DNA from: Christensenellaceae bacterium Phil1
Lineage (GTDB): Bacteria; Bacillota; Clostridia; Christensenellales; CAG-138
DNA length: 64,000 nucleotides
NCBI GenBank assembly: GCA_001940855.1
Contig: MSGS01000009.1
Coordinates: forward strand, 64,441-128,440
Direction of reading: 5' to 3'
Shown: positions 42,354 through 51,490 of the stretch, piece after piece
Position numbering within the stretch: the stretch's first letter is position 1
How the letters are laid out: every line of letters starts with the position of its first letter
Notes under the pieces: generated by a model
Told to the model about the DNA's origin: nothing
The model's input: only the letters and a program-made list of their open reading frames with translations
Database searches by the model: none
Made by a program: the position numbers and the translations under genes

Positions 42354-42734
42354 ATGAAAATACTTAGGGCATCAGAGGACTACCTTGAGGCTATGCTTAT
42401 AATGAAAAACAGGCGCGGTTACATTCGCTCCATAGACATTGCCGAATATTTGGGCGTGACCAAGCCGAGCGTTACCTATACCACCAAGCGTTTGAGGGAA
42501 AACGGCTACATCACAATGGATGTAGACGGGCTTATAACGCTGACAGACAGCGGCATGGAGATAGCATCAAAAATGCTGGACAGGCACCATACTTTGACCA
42601 AGTTCCTTGTGAGCCTGGGTATAGATGAGATAACCGCGGAAAAAGACGCCTGCAAAATAGAGCACGACATAAGCCAGGAAACCTACGAAGCCATCTGCGC
42701 CCATGCAATGAAGCACGGCGCGGGAAACAACTGA
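42354..42734 (+). CDS. DtxR/MntR-family metal-dependent transcriptional repressor
   Basis: From the ORF track. SEDYLEAMLIM...IRSIDIAEYLGVTKPSVTYTTKRLRENGYI...DRHHTLTKFLVSLGI is present. Confidence 0.85.
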   Translation: MKILRASEDYLEAMLIMKNRRGYIRSIDIAEYLGVTKPSVTYTTKRLRENGYITMDVDGLITLTDSGMEIASKMLDRHHTLTKFLVSLGIDEITAEKDACKIEHDISQETYEAICAHAMKHGAGNN

Positions 42735-42756
42735 TTAAAGCAGCGCTTAACGCACG

Positions 42757-42792
42757 CAAAAGGAGCGGGGATATTTGCCCCCGCTCTTTGTA
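42757..42792. terminator. Bidirectional terminator
   Basis: GAGCGGGG-loop-CCCCGCTC is flanked by AAAAG and TTTG. Confidence 0.6.
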
Positions 42793-42823
42793 TATTCCGC
42801 GCGTATGCCGCGCAGGGATATGC

Positions 42824-43066
42824 TTAGTTGCAGCCGCAGCCGCAGCCGGAATTATTGTTGTTGCAGCCGCAGCCGTTGTCGCAGCCGCAGCCATTGTTGC
42901 TGAAACCGCCGGCGAGCAGGATAAGTATTATTATCCACCACCAGTTGTTCCCGTTGCAGCCGCAGTCATTGTTGCAGCCGCAGCCGCAGTCGTTGCTGAA
43001 GCCGCCGGCAAGCAGGATAAGTATTATTATCCACCACCAGTTGTTTCCGTTGCAAGAGCTACACAT
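42824..43066 (-). CDS. Tiny Cys/Gly/Asn-rich double-TM protein made of two tandem modules (YjcZ-like?)
   Basis: From the ORF track. AGGAGG lies 7 nt upstream of the ATG and a terminator lies downstream. The sequence is MCSSCNGNNWWWIIILILLAGGFSNDCGCGCNNDCGCNGNNWWWIIILILLAGGFSNNGCGCDNGCGCNNNNSGCGCGCN. Confidence 0.65.
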   Translation of the reverse strand: MCSSCNGNNWWWIIILILLAGGFSNDCGCGCNNDCGCNGNNWWWIIILILLAGGFSNNGCGCDNGCGCNNNNSGCGCGCN

Positions 43067-43161
43067 ATGCTTTCCTCCTTGTTATTCGCCCCGATGGGCA
43101 ATTCTAAGATATAGTACTCATCGGGAGCGAAATGTGTGCATATGCGGCGAAAGAAAACGAC

Positions 43162-43680
43162 TTATGCGTTCTTGCTCTCTTCTTTCTCCTCCTGCGCCTT
43201 TATGTATGCCAATATCTTCTCCTGCTGTGAGAGTATGCGGTTAAGCTTATTGTGCATATCCTCTATCATTATTTCGGTTTTAAGGTTAACCTTATAATCG
43301 TTCTCGGCGCGGCGGCGATCCTTTTCCTCCTGCCGGTTCTGGCTCATCATTATCAGCGGCGCCTGTATTGCCGCCACGCAGGACAGCACAAGGTTGAGCA
43401 ATATAAACGGATATGCGTCAAACGCGCCGTCTGCCAATAATATGTTCACCGCCATCCAAAGTATCAGCACCGCTACAAATGAGAATATGAAGCCCCAGCT
43501 TCCCGCGAACCTTGCTATTTTGTCCGCCGCTCGCTGGCCGAAGGAGTAGCCGTCCTTTGCTGCCTTGCTCGTGTTTTCGGATACTTTGCTGCTTGCAAGC
43601 AGGCTAAGTATCTCCTCGTCCGTCATGTCGTGCTCTATGTCCTTTATAACTTCGCTTACAAGCCTCTTGTTTTCCTTCAT
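43162..43680 (-). CDS. DUF1003-family membrane protein
   Basis: From the ORF track. It has two TM segments after FGQRAADKIARFAGSWGF, followed by QNRQEEKDRRRAENDYKVNLKTE. Confidence 0.75.
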   Translation of the reverse strand: MKENKRLVSEVIKDIEHDMTDEEILSLLASSKVSENTSKAAKDGYSFGQRAADKIARFAGSWGFIFSFVAVLILWMAVNILLADGAFDAYPFILLNLVLSCVAAIQAPLIMMSQNRQEEKDRRRAENDYKVNLKTEIMIEDMHNKLNRILSQQEKILAYIKAQEEKEESKNA

Positions 43681-43695
43681 GCCCGTTCCCCCCCC

Positions 43696-45225
43696 TTATT
43701 TTATTGAGCCGAATATGCCCCGTATTATGGAGCGGCCAAGCTCGCGGCCTATGGTGCTCATGGCGCTGTTTGTAACGCGGGTCATTGCCTTGCTTGCGGC
43801 GGACTTGGTCTTTTTCGCAGCCTTTGTCGCGGCGGAGGTTCGCTTGGTCGTTGTGGTCTTTGCGGATTTTGCGGCCTTCTTTTCTTCCTTAGCTGCCTGC
43901 TTTGCCGCCTTTTCGGCAGCCTCCTGCTCCTCCTTCTCCTGTTCTTCGTTCTGCTGTTCAAAGTATTCATAGGCGGAGAAGTTGTCTATCGCCTTGTCGT
44001 ATTTATGCTTCATGTCGCTTGCGTCTATAACAGCGCGGCGCTCCTCGTCCGTAATGGTGCCCATGCGGCTTTGCGGCGGCAGTATGAACGCGCGCTGCAC
44101 TATGCCCGGCACGCCGTTTTCATCCAGGCAGGATACAAGCGCCTCGCCAACGCCAAGTTCCATTATGGCCGTTTGCGTATCGAACGCGGGATTTGCGCGG
44201 AATGTTTGCGCGGCGGTCTTTACGGCCTTCTGCTCGCTTGGCGTATATGCCCTGAGCGCATGCTGCACGCGGTTTGAAAGCTGCGCAAGCACGCTGTCCG
44301 GAATATCGGACGGGCTTTGCGAAATGAAATATATGCCAACGCCCTTTGAGCGGATAAGCTTCACCACCTGCTCGATTTTCTGCACAAGCACCTTCGGCGC
44401 GTCGCTGAACAAAAGATGCGCCTCATCAAAAAAGAACACCATCTCCGGCTTTTCGGCGTCTCCGCGCTCCGGCAGTTTTTCAAACAGCTCGCTCATCAAA
44501 AACAGCATGAACGTTGCATACAGCGTAGGATTCTGCACAAGCTTCACGCTGTGCAGCACGTTTATGTATCCCCTGCCCTGCTCATCGCGCTGCATCCAGT
44601 CGCGTATATCTATCGCCGGTTCGCCGAAGAATTCCACGCCGCCTTCATCCTCAAGCGCTATAAGGCTCCTTTGTATCGCGCCCAGGCTCTGCGCGCTCAT
44701 GTTTCCGTATTCCGCGGAAAACTCCGCCCGGTTTTCGCCAACGTAGCGCAGCATGGCCTTAAGATCCTTTATGTCTATGAGCAGCAGCCCCTTATCGTCC
44801 GCAATTTTGAACACAAGGTTCAATACGTCGCTCTGCACGTCGCTCAGGTCCATCAGCCTGCTCAAAAGCATCGGCCCCATTTCGCTTACGGTTGTCCTTA
44901 CGGGGTGGCCGTATTCGCCGTATATATCCCAAAACCGCGTTGGAAACACGCGGTAGCGCCAATCCTCTATCCCAAGCTTATTTATGCGCTTTTCCATGCT
45001 TTCGCTGTGCACGCCCGCCTTGCACATGCCGGCAAGGTCTCCCTTTATGTCCGCAAGGAACACCGGCACACCCAGCTGAGAAAAGGACTCCGCCAGCACC
45101 TTGAGCGTTATTGTTTTGCCCGTGCCGCTTGCGCCGGCAATAAAGCCGTGTCGGTTGGCCATTTTGGGCTCAAGAAACACCTTTTCGTCCGACTTTGCAA
45201 GCCATATTTTTCCGTTCAGTTCCAT
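43696..45225 (-). CDS. HerA-like ATPase (DUF853 / YjgR family)
   Basis: Start at [11 protein letters not shown]. Walker A is [12 protein letters not shown] and Walker B is [11 protein letters not shown]. The tail is Lys/Ala-rich. Confidence 0.8.
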   Translation of the reverse strand: MELNGKIWLAKSDEKVFLEPKMANRHGFIAGASGTGKTITLKVLAESFSQLGVPVFLADIKGDLAGMCKAGVHSESMEKRINKLGIEDWRYRVFPTRFWDIYGEYGHPVRTTVSEMGPMLLSRLMDLSDVQSDVLNLVFKIADDKGLLLIDIKDLKAMLRYVGENRAEFSAEYGNMSAQSLGAIQRSLIALEDEGGVEFFGEPAIDIRDWMQRDEQGRGYINVLHSVKLVQNPTLYATFMLFLMSELFEKLPERGDAEKPEMVFFFDEAHLLFSDAPKVLVQKIEQVVKLIRSKGVGIYFISQSPSDIPDSVLAQLSNRVQHALRAYTPSEQKAVKTAAQTFRANPAFDTQTAIMELGVGEALVSCLDENGVPGIVQRAFILPPQSRMGTITDEERRAVIDASDMKHKYDKAIDNFSAYEYFEQQNEEQEKEEQEAAEKAAKQAAKEEKKAAKSAKTTTTKRTSAATKAAKKTKSAASKAMTRVTNSAMSTIGRELGRSIIRGIFGSIK

Positions 45226-45319
45226 TTTTACGCTTCTCCTTCTTCCCTGCTGAATATCGTGCGATTTTTTGAAATTATACCGCACAACGCATGTCTGTGC
45301 AATGCGCCGTGCCGCTGTT

Positions 45320-45841
45320 TTATTTTGTTTTGTCTCTTACCGCTTCAAGAAACTCCTCCGCCTCCGCGCGTGTCTTGAAAACAACCTTGGGCTTATCGCG
45401 GTATTTTTCAAGCAGGGCGTATATTTGCGGGCAGCGCTCCGTTTTGAAGCTCCTTATGAATTGAATAAACTCCTCGTCATATTCCTGCTCTATCCACGGC
45501 ATATCAGGCCGCGGCTCGCCCATGCGCGTGCGCACCCCGTCAAGGCATACCTTCGCCGGGTAATCCAAAAAGAACACCGCATCGCATTCCTTCAGCCGCA
45601 TTTCCATTGAAAAGCTGTAATTGCCGTCTATAATCCAACGGTCTTTTTCAAGCACGCTGCCAAGCCGTAAAAGGAACGTTTCCCTGTCTACGTTTGTCTT
45701 GTCCGCATTCCAGAAAAGCATATCCAAATGATATACCGGCAGCTTGGTTATTTCGCCCAATGCCCTTGCAAACGTGCTTTTGCCGCCGCCCGGGCAGCCT
45801 ATAACCATTATTTTATTGCATTTCAGTATGCCGTTCACCAT
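45320..45841 (-). CDS. P-loop NTPase (adenylate-kinase-like / topology-modulation-type AAA protein)
   Basis: From the ORF track. [18 protein letters not shown] is present. The start could instead be at 45808. Confidence 0.65.
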   Translation of the reverse strand: MVNGILKCNKIMVIGCPGGGKSTFARALGEITKLPVYHLDMLFWNADKTNVDRETFLLRLGSVLEKDRWIIDGNYSFSMEMRLKECDAVFFLDYPAKVCLDGVRTRMGEPRPDMPWIEQEYDEEFIQFIRSFKTERCPQIYALLEKYRDKPKVVFKTRAEAEEFLEAVRDKTK

Positions 45842-47130
45842 GCTCTCAAGCCCTTTGGAAGATGGTTCTTCATCCTGCCGCCAACCGCCTTGCCCCAGCC
45901 TATCGGGTGGTTACGATACGCCACGGCGCAATACCCGCGCCAAGCCTCAGGGCAGTTTATCTCCTCCCCGCGCATATATGCCGCAAGGCGTGCGTCGCTT
46001 TCGTCAAGCGACAGCATACGGGCGTATTCGCCGCCGTGCTCCGCCATAACCAGCGTGTGGTGCGGCACAAAGCGGCCCTTTTGCAGCTCTCCGGCATAAA
46101 CTCCAACGCTGCGCCTGAGCATGGGCGCTATCGCTTCAGGCAGCTCCGCAGAAATTATGTTCACACCGTTTTGATAAGCATATGCCGTGCCCTTGGGCGG
46201 CACCGTGAACGTATCTTTAATAAATTCGGCATACGCCTTATCTTTGCACGGGGTAAGCTTCAGCGGCGCATAAGGGCGCACGCTGCCGCCCTTTCGTCTA
46301 AGCACCGCGGCAAAGTGCCCTTCCCCCGCGAACGTGTGCGGATAAAGCCTGCGCTGCTCAGCAAGTTCAAAATCCGTATGCGTTTTAAGGAACCACTCTA
46401 TATTGTCCTCGTTTTCCTCGCGTGAGAAAGTGCAGGTGGAATATATCAGCATGCCGTCTTTGGCAACGCATTGCGCGCTGCTTTCAAGTATAAGCCGCTG
46501 CCTGTTGGCGCAGGAAGAAACATGCTCCGCGCTCCATTCTTCTATTGCGCGCTCATCTTTCCTGAACATGCCTTCCCCGCTGCACGGCGCATCGACTATC
46601 ACCCTGTCGAAATACTCCGGCATCGCTTTTGCAATCTCGTCCGGCCTGCGGCTTATCACCGCCGCGTTAGCTATACCCATGCGCTCAACGGTGGATTCGA
46701 GTATTTTGGCGCGGCTTGGCACTATTTCATTGGATACTATAAGCCCCTGCCCGTTTAGCCTTGCCGCTGCGGCTCCCGTTTTGCCGCCGGGTGCCGCGCA
46801 CATATCCAGCACCTTCATGCCCGGGTGTATATCCGCAATGGCAATGGTCAGCATGGCGCTCGGCTCCTGCATATATATAAGCCCTGCCATGTGTACGGGA
46901 CTTAAACCCACTCCTTCCCATGCTTCCGTAAGGCGGAAACCGTCCGCCGTATTATCCACCCTTTCAAGCTTAACGGGGCAAAGCGCGGCTATTGCAGCCG
47001 CGTTCCCTTTGAGCGTATTCGCCCTCAGCCCGCGCACGCTTTCATTATTATAGCTTTCTAAAAATGCCGCGTAGTCGCCCTTCAGCTCCGCCTGCATACG
47101 GGATAGAAATTCGCCCGGTAACGCCTTCAT
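45835..47130 (-). CDS. RsmB/RsmF-family SAM-dependent rRNA cytosine-C5 methyltransferase
   Basis: From the ORF track, which gives a TTG start at 47154. I prefer ATG 47130 (MKALPGEFLSRM). VLDMCAAPGGKT and DAPCSGEGMFRK are present. Confidence 0.8.
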   Translation of the reverse strand: MKALPGEFLSRMQAELKGDYAAFLESYNNESVRGLRANTLKGNAAAIAALCPVKLERVDNTADGFRLTEAWEGVGLSPVHMAGLIYMQEPSAMLTIAIADIHPGMKVLDMCAAPGGKTGAAAARLNGQGLIVSNEIVPSRAKILESTVERMGIANAAVISRRPDEIAKAMPEYFDRVIVDAPCSGEGMFRKDERAIEEWSAEHVSSCANRQRLILESSAQCVAKDGMLIYSTCTFSREENEDNIEWFLKTHTDFELAEQRRLYPHTFAGEGHFAAVLRRKGGSVRPYAPLKLTPCKDKAYAEFIKDTFTVPPKGTAYAYQNGVNIISAELPEAIAPMLRRSVGVYAGELQKGRFVPHHTLVMAEHGGEYARMLSLDESDARLAAYMRGEEINCPEAWRGYCAVAYRNHPIGWGKAVGGRMKNHLPKGLRAW

Positions 47131-47221
47131 GCCGTTTGCCGCCTTTCCGTTCAATATGCTTGCATTTTATCATGCGGAAAAGCCATATGCAAATGCGTTA
47201 TGAAAATATGCCGTTTTCGGC

Positions 47222-47250
47222 TTGACAAAGCAGGCATCAGCGCATAGAAT
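47222..47250 (+). promoter_or_regulatory. Promoter of the valS leader
   Basis: TTGACA (47222-47227), a 17-nt spacer, then TAGAAT (47245-47250). Confidence 0.6.
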
Positions 47251-47254
47251 ACAA

Positions 47255-47493
47255 TTATAGCGTAGAAAAAGAGGAGTACGCCAAACTTCTTTGCAAAAGA
47301 GATGCGGCTTCACCGGCTGAAAGGGCTGCTTGCGAAGATTGGCGGAAGGTCGCTTTGGAGCTGTTTTGGGTGAAGTAGCAGTAATCCGGAACGCGCGCGC
47401 CGCGTTAAGGCGCATAGAGCGGGGCATATTATGCCCAACAAAGGTGGTACCGCGGAGCTTCCGTCCTTTAATCAGGGACAGAAGCTCCTTTTA
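47255..47493 (+). ncRNA. T-box leader (tRNA-Val-responsive riboswitch) upstream of valS
   Basis: The conserved T-box core AAAGGTGGTACCGCGG lies at about 47440-47456. It overlaps the 5' arm of the terminator GGAGCTTCCGTCC / GGACAGAAGCTCC plus TTTT (47454-47493). The specifier is not assigned with certainty; one candidate is GTC at 47349-47351. Confidence 0.8.
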
Positions 47494-47533
47494 ATTTACC
47501 AAACAAACTATTTTTTCAGGAGGAGAGAGTACC

Positions 47534-50170
47534 ATGAAGGAGATGCCAAAGTCTTACGACCATCAGGGCGTGGAAGACAGGCTGTATGAAAAATGGGAAA
47601 AGAACGGCTATTTCCATGCCGAGCCTAATCCCGACAAGGAGCCGTATTGCATAGTCATACCCCCACCGAACATAACCGGTCAGCTGCACATAGGCCACGC
47701 AATAGACGAAACGCTGCAGGATGCGCTTATCCGTTACAAGCGCATGGCCGGGTTTGAAACGCTGTGGCTGCCCGGCACCGACCATGCGTCCATAGCCACC
47801 GAGGTAAAGATAATCGAACAGATGGCCAAGGAAGGCCTTGACAAGCGCGACATAGGACGCGAGGCGTTTTTGCAGCGCGCGTGGGACTGGAAAAAGGAAT
47901 ACGGCGGAAGGATAGTAAAGCAGCTCAGGAAGCTTGGCGCCAGCTGCGACTGGGACCGCGAACGCTTCACAATGGACGAAGGATGCTCCAAGGCCGTTAC
48001 CAAGGTGTTCGTTGACCTTTACAACAAGGGCCTTATTTACCGCGGGGACAGGATAATAAACTGGTGCCCGCATTGCAAGACCGCGCTGAGCGACGCGGAG
48101 GTTGAATACGAAGAACAGCAGAGCCATCTTTGGCACGTGCGTTACGATGCGCCGGACAAGAGCTATTCCATAACCGTGGCTACCACCCGCCCCGAAACCA
48201 TTCTTGGCGATACGGCGATAGCCGTGCATCCGGACGACGAACGCTATGCCGGCATAGTTGGTAAAACCGTAGTTATCCCCGTTGTGGGGCGCGAAATACC
48301 CATCGTAGCAGACGAATACGTTGAAAAGGAATTCGGCACCGGCGCCGTGAAGATCACCCCCGCGCACGATCCCAACGACTTTGAGGTCGGCGTAAGGTGC
48401 AACCTGCCCGTTATGCGCGTGTTCACGGACGATGGGCATATAAACGAGCTTGGCGGCGCATACGAAGGGCTGACCACCATGGAATGCCGCAAGAAGCTGG
48501 TGGCGGATATTGAAGCGGCCGGCAATCTGGTAAAGATAGAGCCTTACGGCCACAACGTTGGCACCTGCTACCGCTGCCACAGCACGGTTGAGCCGCTGGT
48601 GAGCAAGCAGTGGTTCGTGAGCATGAAGCCCCTTGCAAAGCCCGCGATAGACGTTGTTAAGAGCGGCGAAGTGAAATTCGTGCCCGAGCGATTCGACAAG
48701 ACCTATTATAACTGGATGGAGAACATACGCGACTGGTGCATTTCCCGCCAGCTTTGGTGGGGCCACAGGATCCCTGCCTACTACTGCGACGATTGCGGCG
48801 AAACCATAGTTGCCGAATCCGCGCCCGCGTGCTGCCCCAAGTGCGGCGGCCATATGCATCAAGATGAGGACGTGCTGGATACCTGGTTCTCCAGCGGCAT
48901 GTGGCCGTTCTCAACGCTTGGGTGGCCCGAGCATACAAAGGAGCTTGAATACTTCTATCCTACAAGCACACTTGTTACCGGCTACGACATAATATTCTTC
49001 TGGGTAGCCAGAATGATAGTGTTCGGCATGGAAGTGATGCATCAAAAGCCGTTCTCCCATGTTTACATTCACGGCCTTGTTAGGGACGAATTGGGCCGCA
49101 AGATGTCCAAATCCCTTGGCAACGGCGTGGATCCGCTTGAAATAATAAAGCAATACGGCGCGGACAGCCTGCGCTTCAGCCTTGTTACCGGCAACGGAGC
49201 GGGCGGAGATATGCGCTTCGGCACAAAGAAGGTTGAAGCTGCGCGCAACTTCTGCAACAAGCTTTATAACGCAACGCGCTTCGTGCTTATGAACATAGGC
49301 GATGCAAAGGTTGGCGAAATAGACATAGCCAAGCTTGACATAGCCGATAAGTGGCTGCTGAACAGGCTCAATACCATAATCCGCGAGATAACCGCCAACA
49401 TGGACGGCTTTGACCTTAACCTTGCGGCGCAGAAGATATACGACTTCGTATGGACCGAATTCTGCGACTGGTACATTGAGCTTGCCAAGCCCCGCATGAA
49501 TGGCGACGACGAGGAGCAGAAGGCCAACGTGCGCGCAATACTTTGCCGTGCGCTCACCGATTCGCTCAAGCTGCTGCATCCGTTCATGCCGTTCATAACG
49601 GAAGAGCTTTACCTTAACCTGCCCAACAGCGAGGAAACCATTATGCGTTCCGCATGGCCAACAGCGCAGGCGGAGTGGGACTTCCCCGAGGAGGCGGAGA
49701 CCATGGAAGAGGTTATGGACCTTATCCGCGCCACGCGCAACATTCGCGCGGAGATGAGCGTTGCGCCCAGCCGCAAGCTGAGCATGACCCTGGTTACGCA
49801 CGGCGCGAAGGCCGAAGCGCTTGAAGCAAGCATACCCTATATAATGAAGCTTGCCGGCGCGGAGCACGTTGCCATTCAGCAGGATAAGACCGGCATACCC
49901 GAAAACGCTGTTTCCGCCGTGGCACAGGCCGCGGAAGCGTTCATCCCCCTGAGCGACCTTATAGACGTGGACAAGGAGCGCGAACGCCTGAACAAGGAAG
50001 CCGCCAAGGTTCGCGCGGACATAGAGCGCAGCAGCGGCAAGCTGAATAACGCAGGCTTCGTGGCCAAGGCCCCCGAAAAGGTAATAGCCGAAGAGCGCAA
50101 AAAGCTCGCCGCAGCGGAAGATATGCTGGGCAAGCTTGAAGCAAGGCTTGAACAGCTAAACAAAATGTAA
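47534..50170 (+). CDS. valS: Valine--tRNA ligase
   Basis: From the ORF track. It is 878 aa with PPPNITGQLHIGHA (HIGH), KMSKSLGN (KMSKS) and a C-terminal coiled coil. Confidence 0.97.
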   Translation: MKEMPKSYDHQGVEDRLYEKWEKNGYFHAEPNPDKEPYCIVIPPPNITGQLHIGHAIDETLQDALIRYKRMAGFETLWLPGTDHASIATEVKIIEQMAKEGLDKRDIGREAFLQRAWDWKKEYGGRIVKQLRKLGASCDWDRERFTMDEGCSKAVTKVFVDLYNKGLIYRGDRIINWCPHCKTALSDAEVEYEEQQSHLWHVRYDAPDKSYSITVATTRPETILGDTAIAVHPDDERYAGIVGKTVVIPVVGREIPIVADEYVEKEFGTGAVKITPAHDPNDFEVGVRCNLPVMRVFTDDGHINELGGAYEGLTTMECRKKLVADIEAAGNLVKIEPYGHNVGTCYRCHSTVEPLVSKQWFVSMKPLAKPAIDVVKSGEVKFVPERFDKTYYNWMENIRDWCISRQLWWGHRIPAYYCDDCGETIVAESAPACCPKCGGHMHQDEDVLDTWFSSGMWPFSTLGWPEHTKELEYFYPTSTLVTGYDIIFFWVARMIVFGMEVMHQKPFSHVYIHGLVRDELGRKMSKSLGNGVDPLEIIKQYGADSLRFSLVTGNGAGGDMRFGTKKVEAARNFCNKLYNATRFVLMNIGDAKVGEIDIAKLDIADKWLLNRLNTIIREITANMDGFDLNLAAQKIYDFVWTEFCDWYIELAKPRMNGDDEEQKANVRAILCRALTDSLKLLHPFMPFITEELYLNLPNSEETIMRSAWPTAQAEWDFPEEAETMEEVMDLIRATRNIRAEMSVAPSRKLSMTLVTHGAKAEALEASIPYIMKLAGAEHVAIQQDKTGIPENAVSAVAQAAEAFIPLSDLIDVDKERERLNKEAAKVRADIERSSGKLNNAGFVAKAPEKVIAEERKKLAAAEDMLGKLEARLEQLNKM

Positions 50171-50181
50171 TGCGATAAGCC

Positions 50182-50209
50182 ATGAAGGGACGCGGTATCG
50201 TCCCTTCAT
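50182..50209. terminator. Hairpin between the convergent valS and Cys-rich genes
   Basis: ATGAAGGGACG-loop-CGTCCCTTCAT is an 11-bp stem with weak T runs. Confidence 0.55.
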
Positions 50210-50248
50210 AATTTCAGCACATCATACTTCAGCATTTGTTCTGCTGGT

Positions 50249-50554
50249 TCACTCTTGTGCTTCTGTAATGCATGAATACTCCGTAAGCGCGGCCATAGCC
50301 GTGATGTGTTCATTCACCATACTATGGAAGCATTTCGGCAGATGATCGCGATGGGCGCGATGCATTGCTACGCATTCCTGGCAGCGGCCATGGTATTTAC
50401 ATGCAACCTTGCAGGGGCAAATGTTTTCCCTGTTGGCAATTGCTTGGCGAACTTCTTCAACAAATTCATCCTGCAGTTTACGATATGTTTCTTTATCTCC
50501 CGCATAGTAAGCCGCAAGGGCTCTTTTTTCCTTCTCGTTACCATCGATTTTCAT
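50249..50554 (-). CDS. Small Cys/His-rich hypothetical protein (101 aa)
   Basis: Start at MKIDGNEKEK, 4 nt after GGGAGGAAG. CPCKVACKYHGRCQECVAMHRAHRDHLPKCFH suggests metal binding. Confidence 0.55.
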   Translation of the reverse strand: MKIDGNEKEKRALAAYYAGDKETYRKLQDEFVEEVRQAIANRENICPCKVACKYHGRCQECVAMHRAHRDHLPKCFHSMVNEHITAMAALTEYSCITEAQE

Positions 50555-51480
50555 GTTTCTTCCTCCCATTTATTTTGTTTATGTTTTGCACCGGATGTTC
50601 CTTCCTTTCCGCTAAGCACCAATCCCGCTATTATAAGGGCCATGCCGGTAGCAGCTAATGCCGTTATCCGTTCATGCAGAACCACAGCCGATGCTGCAAC
50701 GCTTATTACCGGGATAATATAAATATATGTGGTAGTTTTCACAGGGCCTAAAATGCCTATTGCAGTATTCCATGTTACAAAGCAAAGCGCTGAGGCACAT
50801 ATTCCCAGGAACAACAAGTTTAGCATGTTTACACTGTTGCAAAGCTTTGACATGTCAAAATTCAGTTCTGAAAAAGCCAATATTGGCGTCATGCACAGAA
50901 GTCCATATTCAAATATTCTCCTTGTCGTAAGTATTACGTTATACCCAAATGAGTTTATCTTTTTGACTACCAGCGAATACGCCGCCCAACATACCGCCGC
51001 AAAAAGGGCAAGTATGTCTCCAAGCGGATTTAACTCCAGTTTTTTGCCATTAAACACGATTAAAATAATTCCGCATACCGCAACAACAAAGCCTATGTAA
51101 AAAGCACTTTTCGGACTCTCATCACCCTTCAAAAGCAGTTTACCCAGCAGTGCAGTAAAAAGCGGCGATGCCGAGATAATAACGCTTACATTTGACGCCA
51201 TGGAGTAAGCGAGCGCAACATTCTCCAGCATGTAATACATGCATACACCTAAAAGCCCTGCTAAAAACAGCATACCTTCTTGCTTAAATGTCGTTCCCTT
51301 GAGCCGGCATGGGTAGACTATCACAAGCGAAATCGCGCCAAGTATAAAGCGAAGTAACAAAATCTCAATAGGCTTAAAGTCATTCAAAAGCACCTTAGTT
51401 GAAACCATGGTTGTGCCCCATATCAATATCGTGATCGCAGCGGCAATATGTCCGTATACTTGCTTAACTTCTGTTTTCAT
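50551..51480 (-). CDS. DMT-superfamily (EamA-type) transporter
   Basis: Start at MKTEVKQVYGHIAAAITILIWGTT. It has ten TM segments arranged as two EamA repeats. Confidence 0.85.
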   Translation of the reverse strand: MKTEVKQVYGHIAAAITILIWGTTMVSTKVLLNDFKPIEILLLRFILGAISLVIVYPCRLKGTTFKQEGMLFLAGLLGVCMYYMLENVALAYSMASNVSVIISASPLFTALLGKLLLKGDESPKSAFYIGFVVAVCGIILIVFNGKKLELNPLGDILALFAAVCWAAYSLVVKKINSFGYNVILTTRRIFEYGLLCMTPILAFSELNFDMSKLCNSVNMLNLLFLGICASALCFVTWNTAIGILGPVKTTTYIYIIPVISVAASAVVLHERITALAATGMALIIAGLVLSGKEGTSGAKHKQNKWEEET

Positions 51481-51490
51481 AATGTTTTTT

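Noticed and set aside
42788-43244. Plus-strand Ala-rich and Gln/Pro-rich ORFs 42788..43114 and 42828..43244
   Set aside because: They are by-products of the GCAGCC/GCCGCA repeats. They have no SD. The minus-strand ORF has a perfect AGGAGG at the correct spacing and a downstream terminator.
47516-49867. Minus-strand ORFs 47516..48862 (448 aa) and 48911..49867 (318 aa)
   Set aside because: They are antisense to valS, which carries the HIGH and KMSKS motifs and is preceded by a T-box leader. I treat them as shadow ORFs.
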